Assembly (NCBI GenBank): GCA_016935755.1
Contig: JAFGQI010000170.1
Coordinates: 5,770 to 69,769, forward strand
Direction of reading: 5' to 3'
DNA from: Anaerolineales bacterium
Lineage (GTDB): Bacteria > Chloroflexota > Anaerolineae > Anaerolineales > UBA4823
DNA: 64,000 nt
Shown: positions 25,240-35,622 of the stretch, in pieces
How the letters are laid out: every line of letters starts with the position of its first letter
How positions within the stretch are numbered: the first letter of the stretch is position 1
Notes under the pieces: model-generated
Told to the model about the DNA's origin: nothing
The model's input: only the letters and a program-made list of their open reading frames with translations
Database searches by the model: none
Made by a program: the position numbers and the translations under genes

Positions 25240-26253
25240 ATGTTAGCTTTAGAAAATACTGATCTGCTCATACTCCCAGATGCGCCGGCAATCCCGGGGC
25301 TGATCTTCCGCCGTTTTCAGGGCGAGAGCGATTTCCCCCACATGCACGCCATCATCCACGGATGTAAACAAGCCGATGACAGCGAACGCTCAGATACGGT
25401 GGAGGATATCCGCCGCAACTATTCCCACCTGGTCAACAGCGACCCCGATCGCGACATGCTCTTTGCCGAGATCGCTGGCGAAGCCATCGCCTACAGCCGG
25501 GTCAGCTGGCGCACGGAGCCTGATGGCAAGCGAATATTCCAGCACTTCGGCTTTTTGCTGCCCGCCTGGCGACGCCAGGGCATTGGCCGCGCCATGCTGA
25601 GATACAACCAGGCGCACATCCGCCAGCTGGCAGCTGCCCAGACCAACCATGCCCCGCAAATGTTTGAGTCTTTTGCCGGGGATAAAGAAACCTCGGCCAC
25701 CGCCCTGCTGCTGAGCGAAGGCTACCTGGCGGTGCGACACTTCTACGAAATGGTGCGCCCGGACTTAGAAAATATCCCCGAAGCCCCCATGCCGGAGGGG
25801 TTAGAAGTGCGCCCCGCCGGGCCTGAGCAGTTCCAGGCCATCATCGACGCCAGCAAGGAGGCTTTCAGAGATCACTGGGGCTTCAGCGAGGATGATGAGC
25901 CGACCGTCGCGCAGATCGCCGAGGACCCCAATACGGATCCCCGCCTGTGGCGGGTTGCCTGGGCCGGGGACGAAATTGCCGGAATGGTGCTGAGTTTCAT
26001 TGATCAAAATCAGAACGCCGAGTACAATCGCTTGCGAGGCTGGACGGAAAATATCTGCGTCCGCCGCCCCTGGCGGCGCCTCGGTCTGGCGCGCTCTCTG
26101 CTGGTGCAGAGTCTGCACGCCGTCAAGGAACGCGGCATGCGCGAGGCGGCTCTGGGCGTGGATACGGAAAACCTGTCTGGCGCTCTGCGATTATATGAAA
26201 GCGTAGGGTTCAGACCCGTCAAGCGCTTTACAACCTATCACAAACCCTTCTAA
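25240..26253 (+). CDS. two-domain GNAT acetyltransferase (MshD-like architecture)
   Basis: Two motif-A copies: WRRQGIGRAMLRY and WRRLGLARSLLVQSLHAVKERG. ATG at 25240 is preferred over the track TTG at 25213. Confidence 0.7.
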   Translation: MLALENTDLLILPDAPAIPGLIFRRFQGESDFPHMHAIIHGCKQADDSERSDTVEDIRRNYSHLVNSDPDRDMLFAEIAGEAIAYSRVSWRTEPDGKRIFQHFGFLLPAWRRQGIGRAMLRYNQAHIRQLAAAQTNHAPQMFESFAGDKETSATALLLSEGYLAVRHFYEMVRPDLENIPEAPMPEGLEVRPAGPEQFQAIIDASKEAFRDHWGFSEDDEPTVAQIAEDPNTDPRLWRVAWAGDEIAGMVLSFIDQNQNAEYNRLRGWTENICVRRPWRRLGLARSLLVQSLHAVKERGMREAALGVDTENLSGALRLYESVGFRPVKRFTTYHKPF

Positions 26254-26269
26254 GATCGGAGATTTACCT

Positions 26270-26881
26270 GTGATTCGAGCCGTAATCTGGGATTTAGGTG
26301 GTGTGCTGGTGCGCACAGAGGACAGCAGGTCTCGCGAGGATTTAGCCAGGCGCAGCGGGAAAACACGCCGGGAATTAGAAGATCTGGTTTTTGGTCTCGA
26401 GGCGGGCCGCCGGGCGCAGCTGGGCGAGCTCAGCCATGCTGAGCATTGGGAATATTTGCGGCAGTACTTCCATTACACCCCTGAAGAAATCCAGGCCTTT
26501 CGCCTGGATTTCTTCAGGGGAGACAGGCTCGATCATGATTTGATCGATTATATCCGCAGCCTGCGCGGGCGCTGCAAAACTGGGCTGCTCAGCAATGCCT
26601 TCTCCGATTTGCGCCATCTGGTCACCGAGGTCTGGAACATTGCGGATGCCTTCGACGAGATGATTATCTCTGCCGAGGCCGGGATAATGAAGCCCGACCC
26701 GCGCATCTATCACCTGGCGCTCTCCAGGCTGGGTGTGGAACCTCAAGAAGCCATCTTCATCGATGACTTCGCCCACAACGTGGATGGAGCAAGAGCAGTC
26801 CAGATGCATGCCATCCACTTCAAAAATCCCGCCCAGGCGCGCGCAGAGTTGGAAGCCCTCTTGAATGGAGACAGGGCATGA
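26270..26881 (+). CDS. HAD-superfamily hydrolase (subfamily IA)
   Basis: VIWDLGGVLV motif I, LLSNAF motif II, and AIFIDDFAHNVDGA motifs III/IV. Confidence 0.8.
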   Translation: MIRAVIWDLGGVLVRTEDSRSREDLARRSGKTRRELEDLVFGLEAGRRAQLGELSHAEHWEYLRQYFHYTPEEIQAFRLDFFRGDRLDHDLIDYIRSLRGRCKTGLLSNAFSDLRHLVTEVWNIADAFDEMIISAEAGIMKPDPRIYHLALSRLGVEPQEAIFIDDFAHNVDGARAVQMHAIHFKNPAQARAELEALLNGDRA

Positions 26882-28275
26882 CAGATATGGATCTGACCGG
26901 CCTGCGCCTGTCCGAGGCCGCCGAGCTGATCGCCCGGCGGGCGATCACCCCGCTTGACCTGACCCAGGCGCACCTGGAGCGTATCGCCAGCCTGGACTCC
27001 CACCTGAACTGCTTCATCACCCTGACTGCCGACCTGGCCCTGCAGCAGGCTCACCAGGCAGGCCAGGCCCTGCGCCGCCTGGGGCAGCCTCCCAGCCCGC
27101 TCTTTGGCCTCCCCATCGGATTGAAGGACCTTTACGAAACCCAGGGCGTCCGCACCACCGCTGGTTCGACCTTCTTTGCGGACTACATCCCCGCCGCAGA
27201 CTCGGCAGTGGTGGCGAAGCTCAAGAGCTGCGGGGCCATCCTGCTGGGCAAGCTCAACATGCACGAGATTGCCCTGGGCGTGACCAATGTCAACCCCCAT
27301 TACGGCGCCTGCCGCAATCCCTGGGCGCTCGAGCGCGTCTCTGGGGGATCCTCGGGCGGCAGCGCGGCCGCCCTGGCGACCTGCCTCTGCCTGGGCGCGC
27401 TGGGCTCAGACACGGGCGGCTCCATCCGCATCCCGGCTGCGCTGTGCGGGATCGTGGGCTTGAAGCCGACCTATGGAGCGGTCAGCCTGCGCGGGGTGAT
27501 GCCGCTGAGCTGGAACCTGGATCACGCCGGGCCGATGGCGCGGCGGGTGCGGGATGTTGCCATACTCCTACAGAGCATCGTCGGCTATGACCCAAGCGAT
27601 CCTTACTCGCTGCAGGGAAAAGCGGAGAATTATACCGCCCAGATTAGTGAGGGCGTGCGCGGCTGGCGCGTGGCTCTGGCGACCGGTGATTTCTTCGAGG
27701 GGATTGACTCCGAAGTCTGGGGAGCTGTTCAGCAGGCCAGCCAAGTCTTCGAAGGGCTGGGGGCGCGGGTGGAGCGGGTGGAACTGCCATTTGCTCGGCA
27801 GGCGGCCCTTGCCAACGGGCAGATGGTCGTCGCCGAGGCGGCCTTCATCCATCGCGAGCGACTGCAGAACCAGCCTGAGATGTTCGGGGCAGATGTCCTG
27901 GCGCGTTTGCAGAGCGGCGCGGCGCTGGGACAGCCAGAATACATTCAGGCGCGGCGCACGCAGTCCCTGCTGCGGCGCGAGTTCGAGCGGTTCTTCGACC
28001 ATTTTGATCTTCTGCTCACGCCCACCACGCCCATTCCCGCGCCGCTGATCGAAGGCCCGGATGCGGTCGAGCAGGCGCGCCTGCTGACCCGTTTCACCGC
28101 GCCCTTCAACCTGACCGGCCTTCCGGCAATATCGCTGCCCTGCGGCTTCAGTTCCCAGGGGCTGCCCATCGGCCTGCAGATCATCGCCCGCCCCTGGGCA
28201 GAGGCCGCCCTGCTGCGCGCCGCCTATGCCTACGAGCAGGTCACCGACTGGCATACCAGAACACCCAATCTGTGA
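26878..28275 (+). CDS. amidase-signature family amidase
   Basis: GGSSGGSAAALA..GSDTGGSIRIPAALCG is the amidase signature. ATGA overlap with the HAD gene. Confidence 0.9.
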   Translation: MTDMDLTGLRLSEAAELIARRAITPLDLTQAHLERIASLDSHLNCFITLTADLALQQAHQAGQALRRLGQPPSPLFGLPIGLKDLYETQGVRTTAGSTFFADYIPAADSAVVAKLKSCGAILLGKLNMHEIALGVTNVNPHYGACRNPWALERVSGGSSGGSAAALATCLCLGALGSDTGGSIRIPAALCGIVGLKPTYGAVSLRGVMPLSWNLDHAGPMARRVRDVAILLQSIVGYDPSDPYSLQGKAENYTAQISEGVRGWRVALATGDFFEGIDSEVWGAVQQASQVFEGLGARVERVELPFARQAALANGQMVVAEAAFIHRERLQNQPEMFGADVLARLQSGAALGQPEYIQARRTQSLLRREFERFFDHFDLLLTPTTPIPAPLIEGPDAVEQARLLTRFTAPFNLTGLPAISLPCGFSSQGLPIGLQIIARPWAEAALLRAAYAYEQVTDWHTRTPNL

Positions 28276-29522
28276 AAAAACCAGGTGCATACCAGGTTTA
28301 CCTCTTTCTAGAGGGAGCCTCCGCTCTGCTCTATTCGATGATCTTTGCCGCCAGCAGCGTCTATCAGGTGACGGTGGCGGGACTGAGCCCTTTACAGCTC
28401 GTCCTGGTGGGCACCACCCTGGAAACGGCGGTCTTCTTGTTCGAAATTCCCACCGGCGTGGTAGCAGATGTCTACAGCCGCAAGCTGTCGATTATCATCG
28501 GGTTGATCCTGGTAGGCGGTGGGTTTATCCTGGAAGGCTCAATCCCTATATTTTGGACCATCCTGCTGGCGCAAATCTTGTGGGGGCTGGGCTACACCTT
28601 CACCAGCGGGGCCACCCAGGCCTGGATCAGCGATGAAATCGGTGAGCAGGAGGCCAACCGGGCCTTCCTGCGCGCAAACCAGGTCGGCAACATCGCCGGA
28701 CTGGTCGGGCTGGCAGCCGGGATGACGCTGGGCAGCTTCCAGATCAATATCCCCATCCAGCTTGGCGGAGGGCTGCTCGTCGGGTTAGGCCTTTTTCTCA
28801 TCTGGAGCATGCCCGAAAGCGGGTTTCAGCCCATCCCTCGGGAGGATCGCAGTTCGTGGCAGAATCTTGTCCACACATTTCGTCTGGGGATCCAGACCGT
28901 GCGCAGCCGCCCGGCTCTGCTGAACATCCTGAGCGTCGGCCTGATCTATGGGCTGTACAGCGAGGGCTTTGACCGCCTGTGGACCAAGCATCTGCTGGAT
29001 AATTTCATCCTGCCGACAGCTTTCAACCTGCAGCCGGTGTTCTGGATCGGCTTGATGCGCGTGGCTGGCCTGCTGCTGGCGGTGGGCTTTACAGAGATCG
29101 CCCGGCGGAAGATCAACACCGGCAGCTTCACTGCCATCGCCCGCGCCCTGTTTTTCCTTTCGGTTTTACTGATCGCTGGCTTGTTCAGCTTCGCTCTGGC
29201 AGGCAGTTTAGCATTTGCCGTGCTGGCCTATTGGCTGATCTCGATCACCCGCGACCTGATCGGACCTATTTACACCGCCTGGGTGAACCAGCGGCTGGAG
29301 CCGGGCGTGCGGGCGACGGTGATCTCGATGAGCAGTCAGGTAGACGCCATCGGGCAGATCGCTGGCGGGCCGGTCCTGGGGGTGATTGGCAGCGCAGTAT
29401 CCGTGCGCGCCGCGCTGGTCGCCTCGAGCGCCATCCTTTCGCCCATCCTGATCCTTTACCGGCGCGCGATCCACAGCCCAGCAGTCCATTCAAACAATGA
29501 AATAAAAGAGCAGCACCTGTAA
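28272..29522 (+). CDS. MFS transporter
   Basis: About 12 hydrophobic segments. GTGA overlap with the amidase gene. Confidence 0.8.
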   Translation: MKKPGAYQVYLFLEGASALLYSMIFAASSVYQVTVAGLSPLQLVLVGTTLETAVFLFEIPTGVVADVYSRKLSIIIGLILVGGGFILEGSIPIFWTILLAQILWGLGYTFTSGATQAWISDEIGEQEANRAFLRANQVGNIAGLVGLAAGMTLGSFQINIPIQLGGGLLVGLGLFLIWSMPESGFQPIPREDRSSWQNLVHTFRLGIQTVRSRPALLNILSVGLIYGLYSEGFDRLWTKHLLDNFILPTAFNLQPVFWIGLMRVAGLLLAVGFTEIARRKINTGSFTAIARALFFLSVLLIAGLFSFALAGSLAFAVLAYWLISITRDLIGPIYTAWVNQRLEPGVRATVISMSSQVDAIGQIAGGPVLGVIGSAVSVRAALVASSAILSPILILYRRAIHSPAVHSNNEIKEQHL

Positions 29523-29545
29523 TCATGGGTGCTGCTCTTTTAAGT
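29504..29545. terminator. bidirectional intrinsic terminator (MFS gene / metK)
   Basis: AAAAGAGCAGCACC (29504-29517) pairs with GGTGCTGCTCTTTT (29528-29541): a 14-bp stem. The A-run and T-run give a U-tract on both strands. Confidence 0.7.
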
Positions 29546-29566
29546 TTTCTTTTGAATAAGAGAATC

Positions 29567-30778
29567 TTACAACCCGGCTGCTTTTCTCAGCGCATCGGCT
29601 TTGCCCGTCCGCTCCCAGGGCAGGTCCAGGTCATCGCGGCCGAAGTGCCCGTAGGCCGCCACCTGGCGGTAGATCGGCCGCCGCAGGCCCAGGTCGCGGA
29701 TGATGGCTCCGGGGCGCAGGTCGAAGTGCTCCAGGATCAGTTGGGCAATCTGCTCATCAGAGATTTTGCCCGTGCCGAAGGTCTCCACGTTGACGCTGAG
29801 AGGGTGCGCCACGCCGATGGCGTAGGCCACCTGGATTTCACAGCGGCTGGCTAACCCTGCGGCAACGATATTCTTGGCTGCCCAGCGCGCCGCGTAGGCG
29901 GCCGAGCGGTCCACCTTGGTGGGATCCTTACCGCTGAAGGCGCCGCCGCCATGCCGGCCCATGCCGCCATAGCTGTCGACAATAATCTTCCGCCCGGTCA
30001 CCCCGGCGTCGCCCTGCGGGCCGCCGATGACAAAACGGCCGGTCGGATTGACGAAGATCTTCATCTGGTCGTCTACCATCTCGGGTGGGATGATCGGCTT
30101 GATAATATGCTCGATTACCGCGGCGCGGATCTCTTCCTGTGAAATATCTGGGGCATGCTGTGTGCTCACCAGGACGGTATCCACCCGCACGGGCCGGCCG
30201 AAACTGTATTCCACCGTCACCTGGGTCTTGCCGTCCGGGCGCAGCCAGGGCAAAGTCCCGTCCTTGCGCTTGACACTCAACTGGCGGGCTAACTTATGCG
30301 CCAGGTAGATGGGCATCGGCATCAGCACGGGGGTCTCATCGCAGGCATAACCGAACATCATGCCTTGATCGCCCGCACCGATGGTATCCAGTTCATCGGC
30401 GCTCATCTCCCCGGTCTTGGTCTCCAGAGCGTGGTTCACGCCCATAGCGATATCCCCCGACTGCTTGGCAATTGACAGCAGCACGCCGCAGTTATTGCCA
30501 TCCAGGCCTTGCGAAGTGTCATCGTAACCAATTTCGATGATCACCCGGCGAGCCAGGTCATCAAAGTTGAACTGGGCATTGGTAGTAATTTCGCCCAACA
30601 GCAGCACAAAACCCGTCTTCGAGGCCGTTTCACAGGCCACGCGAGAAGCAGGATCCTGCTCCAGACAGGCGTCTACCACCGCATCGCTGATCTGGTCGCA
30701 CAGCTTGTCCGGATGGCCTTCGGTCACCGATTCAGAGGTGAACAGCAGGCGGGGTGAGCTCATAAACGTAGATGTCAT
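29567..30778 (-). CDS. metK: S-adenosylmethionine synthetase
   Basis: [53 protein letters not shown]. Confidence 0.97.
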   Translation of the reverse strand: MTSTFMSSPRLLFTSESVTEGHPDKLCDQISDAVVDACLEQDPASRVACETASKTGFVLLLGEITTNAQFNFDDLARRVIIEIGYDDTSQGLDGNNCGVLLSIAKQSGDIAMGVNHALETKTGEMSADELDTIGAGDQGMMFGYACDETPVLMPMPIYLAHKLARQLSVKRKDGTLPWLRPDGKTQVTVEYSFGRPVRVDTVLVSTQHAPDISQEEIRAAVIEHIIKPIIPPEMVDDQMKIFVNPTGRFVIGGPQGDAGVTGRKIIVDSYGGMGRHGGGAFSGKDPTKVDRSAAYAARWAAKNIVAAGLASRCEIQVAYAIGVAHPLSVNVETFGTGKISDEQIAQLILEHFDLRPGAIIRDLGLRRPIYRQVAAYGHFGRDDLDLPWERTGKADALRKAAGL

Positions 30779-30789
30779 ATATTCTCCTT

Positions 30790-30960
30790 TTTTAATAAGA
30801 TTTGCCCCTTCCGGTCTACAAGAAAGGGCAAAACGCGAGAACTCACTGCCGCCCTCTCATCTTCCAGAACCTCCGTCTGCCGGAATTGGCACCGTCGATT
30901 CATATAGAACCCGGTTGCCGAGGCTTCATAGGGCCGGTCCCTCCGCCTCTCTGGATAAGA
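30790..30960 (-). promoter_or_regulatory. SAM-I (S-box) riboswitch with expression-platform hairpin
   Basis: Minus strand reads TCTTATCCAGAGAGGCGGAGGGACCGGCCCTATGAAGCCTCGGCAACC..GGTGCCAATTCCGGCAG..GGAAGATGAGA, matching the S-box core consensus from memory. It is followed by the TTTGCCCTTTC..GAAGGGGCAAA hairpin and then the AAGGAG RBS of metK. Confidence 0.85.
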
Positions 30961-30993
30961 GCGCCATTTAGGGGCTATAAATTTGTAGACAAC

Positions 30994-31022
30994 ATCATAC
31001 CATGAGCGATAATGGCTGTCAA
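30994..31022 (-). promoter_or_regulatory. promoter of the metK riboswitch leader
   Basis: Minus strand reads TTGACA, a 17-nt spacer, then TATGAT. Confidence 0.5.
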
Positions 31023-31048
31023 TTCTATGACCTGACCCAAGCAAACTG

Positions 31049-31867
31049 CTAGAGAAAAAACCAGACGATGAGATAATAACCAATCACGCTGGCCCACAGC
31101 CAGGAATCAACCCGATCTAAAAATCCCCCATGCCCGGGGAGCAGATTGCTCGAATCCTTCATCCCCACCTGTCTCTTGAGCATGCTTTCACCCAGATCGC
31201 CCAAAATTGTCAGAACCCCCATCGCCAGCCCGAGGGCCGCGCCGCTCCAGGCCGTCAGCGAGACGCCCGGCCCGGCTGCCCAGGCCCATAAAGCCGCCAG
31301 CCCGGCTGTCCCAAGAACAGCCACCGGGATCCCGCCCAGATAGCCCTCCCAGGATTTCTTCGGGCTCAGCCGGGGCGTGATCTTGTGACGTCCAAAACGA
31401 GTGCCGAACACATACGCCCCACTATCTGCCAGCCAAACGGCCGGCAAGGCCACCAATACCCACCATTTCCCATCCGGTAAGTTCCGCAGCGAAATGAAAT
31501 ATCCCCCAATCCAGCCAAGATATAGGATGCCCGCCAGGGTGATGGCGAAATCAGTCCCGGCCTGGTCGCGGCCCCGCTCATATGCCACCAGATGGTAAGC
31601 CATGCTCACCAGGAAGATCAGGCTCAAAATCCAGGGGGCGCTGGTGAAACCGTCGACCCCCCTGCCCACCAGCAGGGCCAAAGTCCCGCCAATCACCACC
31701 ACGCCTGCAGGCTGCCACCCCCCGGCGCGAAATAAGCCCACATATTCCCAGGCTGCCAGACCAAGGAGTATCATGATCACCGCAGCATAGGCCAGCCCCC
31801 CCAGCGCGATGGCAGCTATACCCAGCGGTAACAAAACAATCGCTACCAGCAGGCGATTAACAAGCAT
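31049..31867 (-). CDS. cdsA: phosphatidate cytidylyltransferase
   Basis: Polytopic membrane protein. C-terminal signature SMLKRQVGMKDSSNLLPGHGGFLDRVDS. Confidence 0.9.
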   Translation of the reverse strand: MLVNRLLVAIVLLPLGIAAIALGGLAYAAVIMILLGLAAWEYVGLFRAGGWQPAGVVVIGGTLALLVGRGVDGFTSAPWILSLIFLVSMAYHLVAYERGRDQAGTDFAITLAGILYLGWIGGYFISLRNLPDGKWWVLVALPAVWLADSGAYVFGTRFGRHKITPRLSPKKSWEGYLGGIPVAVLGTAGLAALWAWAAGPGVSLTAWSGAALGLAMGVLTILGDLGESMLKRQVGMKDSSNLLPGHGGFLDRVDSWLWASVIGYYLIVWFFL

Positions 31868-32615
31868 TTGAATCTATTTCTTCAGCGCCTGGAGATAGCC
31901 GCCCATACCGCCGCTCGCGGTGGCCGTACTCTTCCAGGGTTAAACGAAGCTGCTCTTTATCAAAGTCCGGCCAATAAACCGGCGGGAAAAACCACTCTGA
32001 ATAGGCCCCTTGCCAGATCAAAAAATTACTGCCACGCAGTTCACCAGAGGTGCGAATGATCATATCCGGGTCGGGTACCCCGGCGGTAAACAGGTATTGG
32101 TTAACCAGATCCGCCGTCACAGCATCACTAGTGACTCCATCCTTGATCATATGCTGGATTGCACAAATAATCTCGTCTCGTCCCCCATAATTAAAAGCCA
32201 CATTAAGAATCAGTCGTTGGTTATTTTTAGTAAAATCCAGGGCATGCAATACTTTATCGCGAAAGACCGGCTCCAACTGGTCCAGGCGCCCGATGTGGCG
32301 GAGCTGTACCCCCTGATCGCTTAATTCTTGCAGTTCTTGATCGATCACATCCTCGAAGATATCCATCAAGCCTTCGACTTCTTCTTTTGGCCTACCCCAA
32401 TTCTCGGTAGAAAAGGCATAAATAGTCAAATAGCGGATGCCAAATTCGATGCAGGCTTCAATCACCCGGCGGAGGTTTTCAGTGCCGGCGCGGTGCCCTG
32501 CCAGGCGAGGCAATCCACGCGCCAGGGCCCAGCGCCCATTGCCATCCATAATAATGGCAATGTGGGTCGGAATTATCTCGGGCAATTCTGAACTGTCGTG
32601 TGAGTCCATAACCAT
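31857..32615 (-). CDS. uppS: isoprenyl transferase (undecaprenyl-diphosphate synthase)
   Basis: HIAIIMDGNGRWA, YAFSTENWGRP, IIRTSGELRGSNFLIWQ. Confidence 0.93.
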   Translation of the reverse strand: MVMDSHDSSELPEIIPTHIAIIMDGNGRWALARGLPRLAGHRAGTENLRRVIEACIEFGIRYLTIYAFSTENWGRPKEEVEGLMDIFEDVIDQELQELSDQGVQLRHIGRLDQLEPVFRDKVLHALDFTKNNQRLILNVAFNYGGRDEIICAIQHMIKDGVTSDAVTADLVNQYLFTAGVPDPDMIIRTSGELRGSNFLIWQGAYSEWFFPPVYWPDFDKEQLRLTLEEYGHRERRYGRLSPGAEEIDSNAC

Positions 32616-32630
32616 TCCCGGGAGCGTCGC

Positions 32631-33188
32631 TTAGACCTCCATAATCTCCTTTTCCTTGCGTTCCCCAATCATATTGATCTGCTCAATATGGCGATCGGTA
32701 ATCTTTTGAACCTCTTCTTCCCCGCGTTTGCGCTCATCCTCAGAGATCATTTTCTCCTGCTCATAATCACGCAAGTCTTTGATGATATCCCGGCGGATAT
32801 TGCGCACAGCCACCCGCGCATCCTCCGCGCGGCTGTGCACCAGTTTCACCAGATCTCGGCGGCGTTCTTCCGTCAGAGCAGGCAGGTTGAGGCGAATAGA
32901 TTTGCCATCATTATTGGGAGTCAATCCCAAATCAGAAGCCAGAATCCCTCGCTCGATAGCCTTCAAGGTGCTGACGTCAAATGGGCGAATCAACAGCGAG
33001 CGTGGGTCAGGTACACTAATGCTGGCAAGCTGGATCAGGGGGGTTGGCGCGCCGTAGTACTCCACAGATAATTTTTCGATCAGGGCAGGATGGGCGCGAC
33101 CGGTGCGAATCCCGGAGAGGTCTTCTTCGAAAGCCTGAATGGCTCCCTTCATCCTGGTTTCAGCGTCTTGATAGATATCCTTGAGCAT
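32631..33188 (-). CDS. frr: ribosome recycling factor
   Basis: ATG at 33188 is preferred because GGAGG lies 5 nt upstream. The track start at 33200 sits within that SD. IRTGRAHPALIEKLSVEYYG. Confidence 0.92.
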   Translation of the reverse strand: MLKDIYQDAETRMKGAIQAFEEDLSGIRTGRAHPALIEKLSVEYYGAPTPLIQLASISVPDPRSLLIRPFDVSTLKAIERGILASDLGLTPNNDGKSIRLNLPALTEERRRDLVKLVHSRAEDARVAVRNIRRDIIKDLRDYEQEKMISEDERKRGEEEVQKITDRHIEQINMIGERKEKEIMEV

Positions 33189-33268
33189 ACAAGCCTCCAT
33201 ACATCGTAATCAATCCTCAATCATCCCCTATAGGATACCCGAAAAATCGAAGCGCGAGAAGGGTCAAA

Positions 33269-33997
<729 letters not shown>

Positions 33998-34039
33998 TTA
34001 TAACAAAAGAGCCAACCCTGCTGGTTGGCTCTTTGATAA

Positions 34040-34639
34040 TCAACTCACTTCGCCCAATTCCCAACGCATAAAGCGCCGGATGACAATATTTTCACCGATG
34101 GAGGCGACATGCTGCAGCAGCAACTTCTCAACCGTGATTTCTTCGTCACGAATATAAGCCTGGCGCAGCAAGCAAACATCATCTTTAAATTTCTCCAGGC
34201 GACCATCCACAATCCGGTCAACTACCGCTTCGGGCTTGCCCTCTTCGCGGGCCCGGGCGCGAGCAATTTCTCTTTCATGCTCTATAACATCGGCTGGAAT
34301 ATCTTCCGGGCGTAGATAGAGCGGAGCGCCGGCGGCAATCTGCAAGGCTAACTCATGGGCAAAAGTGCGGAAGGACTCGGAGCGAGCCACAAAATCGGTT
34401 TCGCAGTTCACTTCAACCATCACACCGACGCGCCCATTTCCATGCGAGTAAAGCTCGACCACGCCTTCGGAAGCCTGACGGTCGGAGCGTTTGGCTGCCG
34501 TAGCAAGCCCTTTCTCGCGCAGAAAGTCAACTGCTTTGTCGTAATCCCCATTGGCCTGTTCCAGGGCCTTGCGGCAGTCCAAGATGCCTGCCCCAGTCAT
34601 TTCCCGCAATTCTTTGATTTGCTGTGTTGTTATTGCCAT
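34040..34639 (-). CDS. tsf: elongation factor Ts (short form)
   Basis: IKELREMTGAGILDCRKALEQANGDYDKAVDFLREKG. Confidence 0.93.
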   Translation of the reverse strand: MAITTQQIKELREMTGAGILDCRKALEQANGDYDKAVDFLREKGLATAAKRSDRQASEGVVELYSHGNGRVGVMVEVNCETDFVARSESFRTFAHELALQIAAGAPLYLRPEDIPADVIEHEREIARARAREEGKPEAVVDRIVDGRLEKFKDDVCLLRQAYIRDEEITVEKLLLQHVASIGENIVIRRFMRWELGEVS

Positions 34640-34641
34640 GA

Positions 34642-35622
34642 CTAGTCCTCTTTTTCATCGAGTTCTTCTTCGATGATTTCCTCTTTTTCGCCTTCGTCCA
34701 CATAATCTGCGTAGACATCAACCTCTTCTTCGATACCTACGATCTCATCTACGAGACCTGCAGCAACTTCTTCGACATCCTCAATTTCCTCATCATACTC
34801 AGCAGCGAGGGGCTTCTTAGAAGTGATCTTTGCCAGCGTTGCCGCGCCCAGCAATTCTTCATCTGGAATTTCGAGTTCTTCTGCACCTGGTATGGTTACA
34901 CTCTCGGGTGCAAGAGGCATTTCCTCTTCGACATCCTTGCGCAGCGCACGCCCTTCGATGGCCGCATCGGCAATCTTGCCCACCAGCAGCTTGATCGCGC
35001 GGATTGCGTCATCATTGGAGGGAATAACATAATCGATGTAACGCGGATCGCAGTTGGTATCCACCAGAGCCACAACCGGGATATTCAGCAGATTCGCCTC
35101 ATGAATCGCGGTAGCTTCTCTGTGCACATCCACCACAAAGAGCAGTTCCGGCACCTTCACCATGCTGCGAATGCCGCCCAACAAAATTTCCAGGCGCTCG
35201 ATGACACGGCTGAGGATCAGAGCTTCTTTCTTGGTGAGCCGGCCAAAATCGCCGCGCTCGCGCATACGCTCGAGGCGCTCTAGCTCATTAATTCTCTGGC
35301 GGATAGTGCGCCAGTTGGTGAGCATGCCGCCCAACCAGCGAGCCGTCACATACGGCATACCGGCGCGGGTGGCCTCTTCCTGGATGGTCTCTTGAGCCTG
35401 GCGCTTGGTGCCCACAAATAACACCACACCCCCAGACGAGACCGTATCTCGCACCAGGTTATAAGCCTGCTCCAGTGCTTTTACTGTCTTTTGTAAATCA
35501 ATGATGTGAATGCCGTTGCGTTCGGTGAAAATATACGGCTTCATCGACGGGTGCCACTTGTGGGTGCGATGCCCAAAGTGAACGCCGCTTTCGAGAAGCG
35601 CTTTCATGGGAACAATACTCAT
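34642..35622 (-). CDS. rpsB: 30S ribosomal protein S2 with a long acidic C-terminal extension
   Basis: [31 protein letters not shown] is the S2 core. About 75 C-terminal residues are rich in E/D. Confidence 0.95.
   Translation of the reverse strand: MSIVPMKALLESGVHFGHRTHKWHPSMKPYIFTERNGIHIIDLQKTVKALEQAYNLVRDTVSSGGVVLFVGTKRQAQETIQEEATRAGMPYVTARWLGGMLTNWRTIRQRINELERLERMRERGDFGRLTKKEALILSRVIERLEILLGGIRSMVKVPELLFVVDVHREATAIHEANLLNIPVVALVDTNCDPRYIDYVIPSNDDAIRAIKLLVGKIADAAIEGRALRKDVEEEMPLAPESVTIPGAEELEIPDEELLGAATLAKITSKKPLAAEYDEEIEDVEEVAAGLVDEIVGIEEEVDVYADYVDEGEKEEIIEEELDEKED

Noticed and set aside
25240-28275. The MshD-like GNAT, HAD and amidase as a mycothiol-type low-molecular-weight-thiol pathway.
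   Set aside because: No MshA-type glycosyltransferase, MshB deacetylase or MshC ligase is present in the window. The architecture alone is insufficient, so I kept it only as a remark within the cluster finding.
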